Part shown: positions 9,283 through 18,417 of the stretch, in pieces | How the letters are laid out: each line of letters opens with the position of its first letter | How positions within the stretch are numbered: the first letter of the stretch is position 1 | DNA from: Eubacteriales bacterium | GTDB taxonomy: Bacteria > Bacillota > Clostridia > Oscillospirales > CAG-272 | Length of the DNA stretch: 64,000 nucleotides | Direction: 5' to 3' | Assembly: GCA_045597145.1 (NCBI GenBank) | Contig: JAZODU010000007.1 | Span: 1,296-65,295 of the forward strand | The notes under the pieces: model-generated | The model's database searches: none | The model's input: only the letters and a program-made list of their open reading frames with translations | Told to the model about the DNA's origin: nothing | Made by a program: the position numbers and the translations under genes

Positions 9283-10303
9283 TCGCGGCAAGCGCCTCCC
9301 CCACCCAAACGGCAGAGCGACACGCCTCCTCCACGCTGTTTCCGCCCGTACCGATCTCCAGCAGTAAGGAATAGGGCGCAAGCTCTTGATTGTAGGTCGC
9401 ACTCTTGAGCATAGTCGGGCGGCAAAGCGTCGGTGTCTCTTGGTTCAGCCGCGCGCGCAGCTGCTGCGCAAGCGCGAGATTTCCAAGCAGGCGTGCGTCG
9501 TCCATTTCCCCGCTTCCCACCACCGCCATCACCTGCGCACACCTGCCGCGCTCCGTATCGCACACCGCGCGCAAATATTCGCCCTCGGCATTCAGCACAG
9601 AATCACGGTGCAGGTCGATCACATAGCGGATAGAGGGATACAACGTCAAAAAAAACCGAATGCTTTCAACTGCCCGTGCATACGAGCCGCCGAGCGTCGG
9701 TTCATCATGCGTCACCGTACAGTGAATGGCGGTGACGCCCTTTTCATTCAGGGTGCGCGCCAGCGTTGCCCCCACGGCAAGCACGTTTTCTTTGGGATCG
9801 TCGGAATAGGTCAGATCCCCGATCTCCCCCTCAAGATAGATCTGCCCTGCCGCGCTGTAGCTCTCGCTCGTGTGTGTATGCAGGATCAGAACCAGCGGCT
9901 CCGCGCTCGGCACACCGGAAAGATCCCACCCCCGTAATGCCTGCAGATCGGGATCGCGCTCCGATTCATTATTGATGTAATCATTTCCGAGAGAAGCCGC
10001 GGAAAGATCCGCGTCGCAGATCGGGATCGCGCCCGCCGGCAGGATCGGTGCCACCGTCGGCAGGTCAGACGGCGGCTGCACGGGCGGCTTGCTCTCCGAG
10101 GGCAAGGTAGCCGCAGAGGTACCGCCCGCTCCCTCCCCCGCGTTTCGACTGAGCCACACGCCGCTGACGCCAAAGCCCGCTACAAGCATTGCCGCACAAA
10201 TGAGAAACGCCGCAAAGAAGCGCGCCTTTCTGTAAAAATGCCCCGACAAGCGAATCCGCTCCGTCTTGTCCACTCCGGTTACGCGAATCAAATCCTGTGC
10301 CAT
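9239..10303 (-). CDS. spoIIP: stage II sporulation protein P
   Basis: It has an N-terminal TM. LILHTHTSESY...AIHCTVTHDEP...IDLHRDS are SpoIIP family blocks. It lies directly downstream of gpr, as in Bacillus. Confidence 0.88.
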   Translation of the reverse strand: MAQDLIRVTGVDKTERIRLSGHFYRKARFFAAFLICAAMLVAGFGVSGVWLSRNAGEGAGGTSAATLPSESKPPVQPPSDLPTVAPILPAGAIPICDADLSAASLGNDYINNESERDPDLQALRGWDLSGVPSAEPLVLILHTHTSESYSAAGQIYLEGEIGDLTYSDDPKENVLAVGATLARTLNEKGVTAIHCTVTHDEPTLGGSYARAVESIRFFLTLYPSIRYVIDLHRDSVLNAEGEYLRAVCDTERGRCAQVMAVVGSGEMDDARLLGNLALAQQLRARLNQETPTLCRPTMLKSATYNQELAPYSLLLEIGTGGNSVEEACRSAVWVGEALAAIICGADSSPQQRPE

Positions 10304-10356
10304 ACGATCCTCCGTTTTGCTTTTGATATCTTATATCTATGCCCCGCCGCACGGAA

Positions 10357-11253
10357 TTATTCCGCAAGCTCCCCCGCAAACGCAAGTCCGATCGCGCGCG
10401 CCAGCACTGTTGCTACCTGCTCACAGATCACGTCACACTCCTTTGGCGACACGAAAAAGCTTTTCCCGTTTTCAAGCACCGCCCGCAAAGCCCCGTCGAT
10501 CTCCCCGATGCCTGCCCGATTCAGCACGTCGTATACCAGTGCCGAGGAATCCACGACCGTCGGCACGCCTACGGCGATCACGGGCACCCCGAGTGCTGAG
10601 CGGTCGATCGCTGCGCGGTGGTTTCCGACTCCCGAGCCCGGAGCGATTCCCGTGTCACAGATCTGTACCGTCGTCGCCAGACGGTCGCAATTCCGTGCCG
10701 CCAACGCATCGATCACAACCACAAGATCGGGCTTGACGCAGGACACGGCACTTCTGATCAATTCCAGCGTCTCGATTCCCGTCTGCCCCAGAACCCCGGG
10801 GGATAACGCCGAAATCGACGCACACCCGATGCTTCGGAACAGCTCGCGCTCGTGATCCAGCAAATGCCGCGTCGCGGTCAGGCGCGCCACGGTTTGCGGC
10901 CCGACCGCATCTGCCGTCAGCTCCGCATTCCCAAGCCCCGCCACAAACACACCAAGCTCCGCCCCCATGCGCTTCCCCGTCAAACGCCCCGCCAGACCGC
11001 ACAGCTCTCCCGCGACAAGGCGCGAAAGCAGCGCACACGCATCCTCGTCCAGACGATCGATCCGCCCGCAGGACACCGTAACGTAAACACCGCACGGCTT
11101 GCCAAGCTCGCGCGCCGCGTCCGCACTCGTAACACGCAAACGCCCGACGTTAAAATCCCCAACGCTGTGCTCCGTGTATTCCGTGCCCGACACACAACCG
11201 CCTCGCGGCGTGCTCTCGCACGCCAGATCGCTCCGTGTATATCCCTCGTTCAT
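10357..11253 (-). CDS. gpr: GPR endopeptidase (spore germination protease)
   Basis: MNEGYTRSDLACES... and VVVIDALAA..TVQICDTGIAPGSGVGN are typical of GPR. It shows gpr-spoIIP synteny. ATG 11253 has a GGGAGGA SD. Confidence 0.88.
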   Translation of the reverse strand: MNEGYTRSDLACESTPRGGCVSGTEYTEHSVGDFNVGRLRVTSADAARELGKPCGVYVTVSCGRIDRLDEDACALLSRLVAGELCGLAGRLTGKRMGAELGVFVAGLGNAELTADAVGPQTVARLTATRHLLDHERELFRSIGCASISALSPGVLGQTGIETLELIRSAVSCVKPDLVVVIDALAARNCDRLATTVQICDTGIAPGSGVGNHRAAIDRSALGVPVIAVGVPTVVDSSALVYDVLNRAGIGEIDGALRAVLENGKSFFVSPKECDVICEQVATVLARAIGLAFAGELAE

Positions 11254-11286
11254 TCGAAAATCCTCCCACAAGTCCCATTCTGCCCT

Positions 11287-11316
11287 TACTGTGGCAAAAA
11301 AATTAACAAAATATAC
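11287..11316 (-). promoter_or_regulatory. possible forespore (SigF/SigG-type) promoter of gpr
   Basis: On the minus strand: GTATA, 18 nt, CACAGTA. This loosely fits GTATA-N18-CAnnnTA. Recognised by eye only. Confidence 0.3.
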
Positions 11317-11434
11317 ATCAAAATTATTGGGAATCTATTGAAATCCGATAGGAAATAGTATATAATATAAGCATATAGTGTGTCGTGCTGTCAAAAGCCG
11401 ATTTCGATTCATTCAATTTAGGAGGATATTACCC

Positions 11435-13588
11435 ATGTCAAAACGGATTATTGCACTGGTGCTGTGCGTATTGATGTTGGTTCCCGTGCTCGCTTCGTGC
11501 TCTAACGTGGACGAAGAAAATCCCGGTGCCTATATCACCATGTACCTGTCGGACGAGATCTACGATTTCGACCCCATTCAGGCATACTACAACAGCGGCA
11601 CCGCCAACGTGATCGGGCTTTTGTATGAAACTCTGTTCAAGCTCGATGAAAAGGGTCGAATCAAAAATGCTCTCGCAAAGGATTACGAGATCGTTGACGA
11701 CGTAGAAACCGACACCTACGAAATGACCATCACGCTCAACGAAACCTACTGGAGCAACGGTCAGGCGATCAGCGCAGAGGACGTCGTTTTTGCATGGCGC
11801 CGTCTGTTGAATCAGGAAAACAGCTACGAGGCGGCTTCCCTCCTCTTTGATATCAAGAACGCACGCGCCGTCAAGGAAGGCGACGAGGCGATCGACGACC
11901 TTGGTGTCGAGGCACTCGAGCCTACCGTTCTCAAGATCACCTTCCAGGGACGCATCGACTACGATCAGTTCCTCTTGAACCTGACCAGCCTTGCAACCGC
12001 TCCCCTGCCCGAAAGTCAGGTCGCCAAGAATGCCGACTGGGCAAAGAAGTCCTCTACGATCGTTACAAGCGGTCCCTTCAAGCTCGGCAAGATCAAGTAC
12101 GCCGCAGGTGACGAAAAGGTGCGCGACGATAACGCGATCGGCAAGGACGGCGAGGTAGGCTCTATGTCCACTCCCGTCGCAACGATCGAATATTTCTATC
12201 TGGAGCGTAACGTATACTACTACCGCGAATCCGATGACAGACTTGACAAGTCCGTAACGCCTTACCGCCTGCTGGTCGATTGTACCATGACCGACGCAGA
12301 GATCCTCAAGGCTTACAAGGAAAACAAGCTCTTCTACATCGGTGACATTCCCCTTTCCATCCGTAACGATGCAACCGTTAAGGAAAAGGTCGAGGTTTCC
12401 AACGCGCTTTCCACCACCGTTTGCTATTTCAACATGAACCACGAGGACGAGGATCTTGCGGCACTCTTCAGCAACGCAAAGGTACGTGAGGCACTCTCCC
12501 TTGCGATCGACCGCAATGCCATTGCCAAGAAGGTCGTTTACGCAGAGGCATCTACCGGTTTGGTGCCTCCCGGAGTCTTTAACGCAGAATCCGGCAAAAA
12601 GGCAGCTCAGTTCCGCGCAGAGGGCGGCAACCTGATCGCAACCTCCGCAAACAAGACCAAAGCAAAGCAGCTGCTTGACGACGCAGGCGTTACCCCCTCG
12701 AAGTACAGCTTTGAGCTTTCCGTTGCCGCTTACGACGACGTACATCAGGCAATTGCCGAAATGATCGTTGCCGCTTGGAAGGATCTGGGCTTCAAGATCA
12801 CGATCAAGAAGATCCAGCCCGTGCAGAACAACGACTACCTCAAGTCTCAGGACGAGGAGCCGAAGGACGTTTGCGACGACCTGTTTCAGGAAGCAATCGC
12901 ACGTGCAAAGTACGACGTGATTCTGTGCGACTACACCGCATACTCCGCTGACGCATATTCGATGCTCTCCAGCTTTGCAAAGCCCTTCTCCGGCATGGCA
13001 TTGAGCCGCTATACGGTCACGGACGAGGAAACCGGCAAATCGCAGGTACACTACGAGCAGAATCCTCACCGCTCCGGCTACGAAAACGAGGAATACAATC
13101 TGCTGATCGAGGCAACCTACTTTATTCCTTATTTCAAGGGACTGAAGAATACCGACAACGAGTTCCTCGGTGACGACTTCTATACTGCTGACGAGTGGAA
13201 GACCCTGTACTCTCAGATCAAGTCGGTTTACAACAAGTACGGCATCAACCCCACCGACGATCCCGACGAGTGGGCAGCACAGAAAGCAAAGCTGCTCCAC
13301 GCCGCTGAAAAGCTTTTGCTTAAGGATATGGCAGTTCTGCCGATCGTATTCAACAAGACTGCGGTTCTGGCAAGCAAGGATCTGAAGAAGATCGACGCAA
13401 ACTACTACTCCCCCATGGTATTCAACAAGCTCAAGCTCAAGAATTACACCGATTACACCTACACCGTGATCACGCGTAACGACAAGGGCGAGATCATAAA
13501 GGAAGAAACCGTTTCCATCTTCGACAACTTCCCCACGGTCGAATGGAATAAGGCAGGCACCACGGTGGAGAAAAAAGCAACAAAATAA
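11435..13588 (+). CDS. ABC transporter substrate-binding lipoprotein, family 5 (OppA/DppA-like), orphan
   Basis: ATG 11435 has a GGAGGA SD. The signal peptide has the lipobox LAS|C. It has the family-5 SBP architecture. No permease or ATPase genes are adjacent. Confidence 0.8.
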   Translation: MSKRIIALVLCVLMLVPVLASCSNVDEENPGAYITMYLSDEIYDFDPIQAYYNSGTANVIGLLYETLFKLDEKGRIKNALAKDYEIVDDVETDTYEMTITLNETYWSNGQAISAEDVVFAWRRLLNQENSYEAASLLFDIKNARAVKEGDEAIDDLGVEALEPTVLKITFQGRIDYDQFLLNLTSLATAPLPESQVAKNADWAKKSSTIVTSGPFKLGKIKYAAGDEKVRDDNAIGKDGEVGSMSTPVATIEYFYLERNVYYYRESDDRLDKSVTPYRLLVDCTMTDAEILKAYKENKLFYIGDIPLSIRNDATVKEKVEVSNALSTTVCYFNMNHEDEDLAALFSNAKVREALSLAIDRNAIAKKVVYAEASTGLVPPGVFNAESGKKAAQFRAEGGNLIATSANKTKAKQLLDDAGVTPSKYSFELSVAAYDDVHQAIAEMIVAAWKDLGFKITIKKIQPVQNNDYLKSQDEEPKDVCDDLFQEAIARAKYDVILCDYTAYSADAYSMLSSFAKPFSGMALSRYTVTDEETGKSQVHYEQNPHRSGYENEEYNLLIEATYFIPYFKGLKNTDNEFLGDDFYTADEWKTLYSQIKSVYNKYGINPTDDPDEWAAQKAKLLHAAEKLLLKDMAVLPIVFNKTAVLASKDLKKIDANYYSPMVFNKLKLKNYTDYTYTVITRNDKGEIIKEETVSIFDNFPTVEWNKAGTTVEKKATK

Positions 13589-13595
13589 GCACTTT

Positions 13596-13627
13596 GGGAG
13601 CGCACGGATACGTGCGCTCCCTTTTTT
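13596..13627 (+). terminator. intrinsic terminator
   Basis: GGGAGCGCAC-GGATAC-GTGCGCTCCC plus TTTTTT. Confidence 0.9.
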
Positions 13628-13660
13628 ATTTAACAAATGAAGATTTTTTATAAAAAGCTC

Positions 13661-13689
13661 TTGCAAAAGAGAAAAAAATGTGATATACT
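13661..13689 (+). promoter_or_regulatory. SigA promoter of the pheST leader
   Basis: TTGCAA, 17 nt, TGATATACT (extended -10). Confidence 0.65.
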
Positions 13690-13953
13690 ATGCTCTGTAA
13701 ATGCGATGATAAAGTCCGCCGATCCGAATACACGACGATTACAGAGAGTGCTGATATGCTGAGAGCAGTGCATGCCGTCGGATCGCGCATTTCCCTTTGG
13801 AGCAGATCGGGTCAACACATGCGTTTGTAGCCCGATACGGTTCAGGCACCGTTATGCGCCTGTCAGAGTGTTGGCTTTGAGCCGAAAATTCGGGTGGTAC
13901 CGCGGAGTGCTATGTTGCGCCTCGTCCTGATGCAGTGGGACGGCGCTTTTTTT
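13690..13953 (+). promoter_or_regulatory. T-box riboswitch leader (Phe)
   Basis: It has Stem I elements (GATGA k-turn-like, AGAGAG). UUU/UUC lie in CAUUUCCCUUUGG on the 3' side of Stem I. The T-box sequence is AATTCGGGTGGTACCGCGGAG (about 13887-13907). The terminator is GCGCCTCGTCC..GGACGGCGC plus TTTTTTT (13917-13953), directly upstream of pheS. Confidence 0.9.
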
Positions 13954-14012
13954 GTTGCCGCCACATAAAAACGTCAAAAATATTCCAATCTCAGAAAGGA
14001 AGAGTAGATAAA

Positions 14013-15026
14013 ATGAAAGAAAAGCTTTCCAAGATCCGATTGGAGGCGCTGGAGCAAATCAATGCTCCCGATGCCAATCTGGAGCAAATCAAAATCAAAT
14101 ACCTTGGAAAAAAGGGTGAACTGACCGCCGTACTGCGCGGCATGGGTGCGCTCTCCCCCGAGGAGCGTCCCGTGGTGGGACAGATGGCAAACGAGGTGCG
14201 CGAAAGCATCGAGCAAGCCATTTCCGAAAAGGCGACCGAGCTGCAGGCAAAAGCACTTGAGGCACGCCTGAAGACCGAAAAGGTGGACGTTACCATGCCC
14301 GGCACGCCCGCACCTGTGGGTCACATTCACCCCCTGACGCAGGCACAAAGAGAGTTGGAAAACATCTTCATCGGCATGGGATTCTCCATCGCAGAGGGGC
14401 CCGAGGTCGAAATGGATTACTACAACTTCCAGGCACTCAACATCCCCGAAAATCACCCCGCGCGCGACACGCAGGACACCTTCTATATCACGGACAACAT
14501 TCTGCTCCGCTCCCAGACCTCTCCCGTGCAGGTGCGCGTCATGGAGCATCAGAAGCCTCCGATCCGCATCATTTCTCCCGGGCGCGTATACCGCTCCGAC
14601 GCACTTGACGCGACCCACTCCCCCCTCTTCCATCAGTTGGAGGGCCTTGTCATCGACAAGGGCATCACCATGGGTGACCTGAAGGGCACGCTTGAGGTCT
14701 TTGCCAAGAAGATGTTCGGCGAGGAAACCAAGATCCGCTTCCGTCCGCACCACTTCCCGTTCACCGAGCCCTCTGCCGAGGTCGACGTGTCCTGCTTCGT
14801 CTGCGGCGGAAAGGGCTGCCGCCTTTGCAAGGGCGAGGGCTGGATCGAAATCCTTGGTGCAGGTATGGTGCACCCCTTCGTGCTCTCCAACTGCGGCATT
14901 GACCCTGAGGAATACTCCGGTTTTGCGTTCGGACTTGGCATTGAGCGTATCACCATGGCAAGATACGGCATCGACGACATTCGTCTGTTCTATGAAAACG
15001 ACGAGCGTTTCCTCGAGCAGTTCTGA
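14013..15026 (+). CDS. pheS: phenylalanine--tRNA ligase alpha subunit
   Basis: Class II aaRS motifs are present ([34 protein letters not shown]). ATG 14013 follows the T-box terminator. Confidence 0.97.
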   Translation: MKEKLSKIRLEALEQINAPDANLEQIKIKYLGKKGELTAVLRGMGALSPEERPVVGQMANEVRESIEQAISEKATELQAKALEARLKTEKVDVTMPGTPAPVGHIHPLTQAQRELENIFIGMGFSIAEGPEVEMDYYNFQALNIPENHPARDTQDTFYITDNILLRSQTSPVQVRVMEHQKPPIRIISPGRVYRSDALDATHSPLFHQLEGLVIDKGITMGDLKGTLEVFAKKMFGEETKIRFRPHHFPFTEPSAEVDVSCFVCGGKGCRLCKGEGWIEILGAGMVHPFVLSNCGIDPEEYSGFAFGLGIERITMARYGIDDIRLFYENDERFLEQF

Positions 15027-15041
15027 TTAGGAGGTAGAAAC

Positions 15042-17447
15042 ATGAATCTTTCGAGAAATTGGCTGTCGGATTTCGTTGACGTCAGCGAGATCGACAACAA
15101 AACATATGCAGACCGCCTGACCATTACGGGCTCTAAGGTTGAGGGCTTTGAGGTTCTGGGCGAGAATATTGAAAACGTCGTTGTGGCAAAGGTCACGGCA
15201 ATGGAAAAGCACCCCGACTCCGACCACCTGTGGGTCTGCCGTCTGGATGCGGGCGACGTACACGGTCACGACATTCAGATCGTAACGGGCGCACAGAACG
15301 TCTTTGTCGGTGCCCTTGTTCCCGCCGCTCTCCCCGTGGCAAAGCTGCCCGGTGACGTGGTCATCAAAGCAGGCAAATTGCGCGGTGTGGAGTCGAACGG
15401 TATGCTCTGCTCCATGGGGGAATTGGAGCTGACCGCACACGACTGCCCCGGCAAAGAGGAAAACGGTATTCTGATCCTCGACGAGGATTGCGAGAGCCGC
15501 ATCGGTGAGGATATCCGCGACGTGCTGATGCTGCGCGACACGACGGTCGAGTTTGAGATCACCTCCAACCGCCCCGACTGCCTCTCGGTCATCGGACTTG
15601 CACGCGAAACCGCCGTTTCCTTTGATAAGCCTCTGACTGTCAAAGCACCCGTTGTCAAGGGCTGCGGCGACGGCGATAAGATCGGCAATTATCTGAGCGT
15701 CGGCATCTCCGCGCCCGATCTGTGCTACCGCTACTGCGCAAGAGTGGTCAAAAACGTCAAGATCGCGCCCTCTCCCATATGGCTCCGTATGCGCCTGCGT
15801 GCGTCGGGAGTGCGTCCGATCAACAACATCGTTGATATCACCAACTACGTCATGCTTGAGTACGGTCAGCCCATGCACGCGTTCGACTACAAGTCGCTGG
15901 ACGGTGCAGCAATCGACGTGCGCCGCGCGGCTGATGGCGAGGCGTTCAAGTCGCTGGACGACACCGATCACACGCTGGACTCCTCCATGCTGGTCATCGC
16001 CGACAGCAAAAAAGCGTGCGCGCTGGCAGGTGTCATGGGAGGTGCGAACTCTGAGATCACCGACGGCACCGCAACCGTTGTCTTTGAATCCGCTTGCTTC
16101 AACGGCGCGTCCGTGCGCGTGACCGCAAAGAAGAACGGTATGCGCACCGAGTCCTCCGCGCGCTTTGAAAAAGGCTTGGATCCCGAAAACTGCATGGCAG
16201 GGCTTGAGAGAGCCTGCGAGCTGGTTGAGCTGCTGGGTGCGGGCGACGTGGTTGACGGCATCATCGACGTTTATCCCACCAAGACCGAGCAAACGGTTCT
16301 CCCCTTCACCCCCACGCGCTACAACGAGTTCCTCGGCATGGATATTCCCGAGGCGCACATGGTCAACACCCTCACAGGGCTGGGCTGCCGCATTGAGGAC
16401 GGCAAGATCTACGTGCCCTCCTTCCGCGCCGATCTCGGCTGCATGAACGACATCGCCGAGGAGGTCTGCCGCATCTACGGCTACGACAAGATCGAGGCAT
16501 CCTACATGAACGCCGAAACCACGCTCGGCGGCAGAACCGACAAGCAGATGTTCGAGGTCAACACCGAGAACGCTTTGGTCGGCATGGGGCTCTCCCAGAT
16601 CCACACCTTCTCCTTCATCAGCCCCAAGTATTACGATAAGATCCGTATGCCCGCAGACAGCGCACGCCGCCGCTCGGTCGTGATCTCCAACCCTCTGGGC
16701 GAGGACACGAGCGTCATGCGCACCACGGCGCTCCCCTCCATGATGGAAACGCTGGCACGCAACAATAACTTCAACAACGACAACATTCGCCTGTTCGAGA
16801 TCGCTTCGATCTATCTGCCCTGCGAGGCAGAGAACGAGCTGCCCGACGAAAAGCGCGTGCTGACCGTCGGCATGTACGGCAACACCGATTTCTATGCGCT
16901 CAAGGGCGTGTGCGAGAATATTCTCACACTGGCAGGCATCAAGGGTGCCACCTACACCGCTTGCACGGACAACGCATCCTACCACCCCGGCAGATGCGCT
17001 AAGATCCTTTCCGCCAACGGAACAGTTCTCGGCGTATTCGGTCAGGCACACCCCCTCATGGCGGAAAACTACGGCATGAGCATTCCCGTTTACGTGGCAG
17101 AGCTGGCGTTTGACGAGATCTATGCGTCCGCAAACACCAAAAAGGCGTACAAGCCCCTGCCCAAGTACCCCGCAACCACCCGTGACTTCTCCTTCGTCTG
17201 CGACGAGGAGATGGAGGTCGGTGCGATCGAGGGCGTGATGGAAAAGGCAGGCGGCAAGCTCGTCGAAAACGTCGCACTCTTCGATATCTACCGCGGTCCG
17301 CAGGTAGGCGAAGGCAAAAAGTCGGTTTCCCTGCGTGTCACGCTTCGCGCTTCCGATCGCACGCTGACGGTCGAGGAGGCTGACAAGGTCACCAAGAAGA
17401 TCCTGAACGACCTTAAGTTCAAGATGGGCTTGGAATTGAGAAACTAA
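15042..17447 (+). CDS. pheT: phenylalanine--tRNA ligase beta subunit
   Basis: 801 aa. It starts MNLSRNWLSDFV, and has tRNA-binding, B3/4, B5 and FDX-ACB domains in the usual order. Confidence 0.97.
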   Translation: MNLSRNWLSDFVDVSEIDNKTYADRLTITGSKVEGFEVLGENIENVVVAKVTAMEKHPDSDHLWVCRLDAGDVHGHDIQIVTGAQNVFVGALVPAALPVAKLPGDVVIKAGKLRGVESNGMLCSMGELELTAHDCPGKEENGILILDEDCESRIGEDIRDVLMLRDTTVEFEITSNRPDCLSVIGLARETAVSFDKPLTVKAPVVKGCGDGDKIGNYLSVGISAPDLCYRYCARVVKNVKIAPSPIWLRMRLRASGVRPINNIVDITNYVMLEYGQPMHAFDYKSLDGAAIDVRRAADGEAFKSLDDTDHTLDSSMLVIADSKKACALAGVMGGANSEITDGTATVVFESACFNGASVRVTAKKNGMRTESSARFEKGLDPENCMAGLERACELVELLGAGDVVDGIIDVYPTKTEQTVLPFTPTRYNEFLGMDIPEAHMVNTLTGLGCRIEDGKIYVPSFRADLGCMNDIAEEVCRIYGYDKIEASYMNAETTLGGRTDKQMFEVNTENALVGMGLSQIHTFSFISPKYYDKIRMPADSARRRSVVISNPLGEDTSVMRTTALPSMMETLARNNNFNNDNIRLFEIASIYLPCEAENELPDEKRVLTVGMYGNTDFYALKGVCENILTLAGIKGATYTACTDNASYHPGRCAKILSANGTVLGVFGQAHPLMAENYGMSIPVYVAELAFDEIYASANTKKAYKPLPKYPATTRDFSFVCDEEMEVGAIEGVMEKAGGKLVENVALFDIYRGPQVGEGKKSVSLRVTLRASDRTLTVEEADKVTKKILNDLKFKMGLELRN

Positions 17448-17456
17448 AAGACAAAA

Positions 17457-17499
17457 GCACGCGGAAGCCGCCCAAAGGCGGCTTCCGCGTGCACTTTTT
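17457..17499 (+). terminator. intrinsic terminator after pheT
   Basis: A 16-bp stem, GCACGCGGAAGCCGCC-CAAA-GGCGGCTTCCGCGTGC, then a T-rich tract. Confidence 0.85.
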
Positions 17500-17579
17500 C
17501 TGTTTTTTTGCAAAAAATTTGTGTTGAGTTTACAAAGGCGTGTTATAATCAAAGCAAACAACATATGAGGAGGCTTACC

Positions 17580-18002
17580 TTGAAAAAATGGTTTCAAAAA
17601 ATAGGCTATAACATTGCGCGCGTGATGTACGGGAGGTACGGAAACGACGAGTTGAACCTCGTTCTGTTAATCTGCGCCCTGATCTTCTCTGTACTATGCG
17701 CGATTCCGATTCGCTTTTTTGGGCTCTTTTCGATCGTTAGCGTGCTTCTTGTGATCCTTTCCTTCTGCCGTACCTTTTCAAGGAATATTGCAAAGCGGCG
17801 CCGCGAGCTGGATCGCTATCTTGCCATCAAAAACAAGCCGAAAAACGCGTGGCAACTACACAAAAACAAAAATCGCGACAAAAAAACGCACGTTTATTTC
17901 AAATGTAAAAAATGCCGCGCCGTCCTACGCGTGCCGCGCGGAAAGGGCGAGATCATCGTCACCTGTCCCCGCTGCCGTGAGCGGATCGAGAAAAAGACCT
18001 AA
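17580..18002 (+). CDS. hypothetical membrane protein with C-terminal zinc ribbon
   Basis: TTG 17580 lies 6 nt after GAGGAGG, while the upstream ATG overlaps the SD. The protein has two TM helices and then CKKC..CPRC. A TGTTATAAT extended -10 lies about 30 nt upstream. Confidence 0.6.
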   Translation: MKKWFQKIGYNIARVMYGRYGNDELNLVLLICALIFSVLCAIPIRFFGLFSIVSVLLVILSFCRTFSRNIAKRRRELDRYLAIKNKPKNAWQLHKNKNRDKKTHVYFKCKKCRAVLRVPRGKGEIIVTCPRCRERIEKKT

Positions 18003-18058
18003 AAAACAACCGTCCCACCGGGGCGGCTGTCCTCTTATATTTCAAAATCTACGCACAC

Positions 18059-18097
18059 ACGCGAAACCCGTAAAATCGGCTTTCGCGTGCTTTTTCT
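18059..18097 (+). terminator. intrinsic terminator
   Basis: CACGCGAAA-14 nt-TTTCGCGTG followed by CTTTTTC. Confidence 0.7.
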
Positions 18098-18149
18098 ATA
18101 AAAAACACAACAGTTGTGCAAATAATTTAATTGAAACTATAAAATTATG

Positions 18150-18178
18150 TTTACAAATCGATTATTTTATGCTATAAT
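18150..18178 (+). promoter_or_regulatory. consensus extended -10 SigA promoter inside AT-rich islet
   Basis: TTTACA (18150-18155), 17 nt, TGCTATAAT (-10 at 18173-18178). Confidence 0.65.
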
Positions 18179-18184
18179 AAAGAA

Positions 18185-18341
18185 GCCAAACAAATTTAAT
18201 AATAGAATTAGCGGTATCTTTTTCTTTATGGGATAAATATACCCTTTTCTGCCATAGCTATTTTTAGAATTTGGTAAAAATGCAAATTCCACTTAAATGG
18301 TTATGGTAGAGATACTCTAATTCTATTTAAATTTGTTTGGC
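18185..18341 (+). ncRNA. 157-nt AT-rich near-perfect long hairpin (candidate leader RNA, sRNA or MITE-like element), class not recognised
   Basis: The 5' arm GCCAAACAAATTTAA-TA-ATAGAATTAG-CG-GTATCT pairs with the 3' arm AGATAC-T-CTAATTCTAT-TTAAATTTGTTTGGC. Inner helices are CTGCCATAG/TTATGGTAG and GAATTTG/CAAATTC. It begins at the predicted TSS of the promoter above. Confidence 0.4.
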
Positions 18342-18365
18342 GACAATCGGAGTTTGCGTTTTTCG

Positions 18366-18402
18366 GTGCGTATAGCTTCGGTTGTACGCACTTTTTTATT
18401 TT
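18366..18402 (+). terminator. intrinsic terminator with UUCG tetraloop, immediately upstream of SD/ATG 18418
   Basis: GTGCGTATAGC-TTCG-GTTGTACGCAC plus TTTTTTATTTT, with the AAAGGAG SD following directly. Confidence 0.8.
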
Positions 18403-18417
18403 AAAGGAGAAATCACT

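Noticed and set aside
17508-17579. ATG starts at 17508 and 17565 for the zinc-ribbon membrane protein.
   Set aside because: ATG 17508 precedes the likely promoter -10 (TGTTATAAT at about 17541-17549). ATG 17565 overlaps the GAGGAGG SD. TTG 17580 is correctly spaced after the SD.
15027-17597. Very long antisense ORFs opposite well-recognised genes. Examples: 856 aa opposite pheT; 11438-13666 opposite the SBP; 29413-32070 opposite polC; 41943-43844 opposite dnaK; 58637-60679 opposite glgB; 53502-55022 opposite DUF1846; 54958-56397 opposite the M18 peptidase.
   Set aside because: These are typical shadow ORFs of a high-GC, codon-biased genome. Their translations are low-complexity (R/G/H/D/V-rich). 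They have no recognisable motifs and no SD at their starts. Each lies exactly antisense to a gene with unambiguous conserved blocks.
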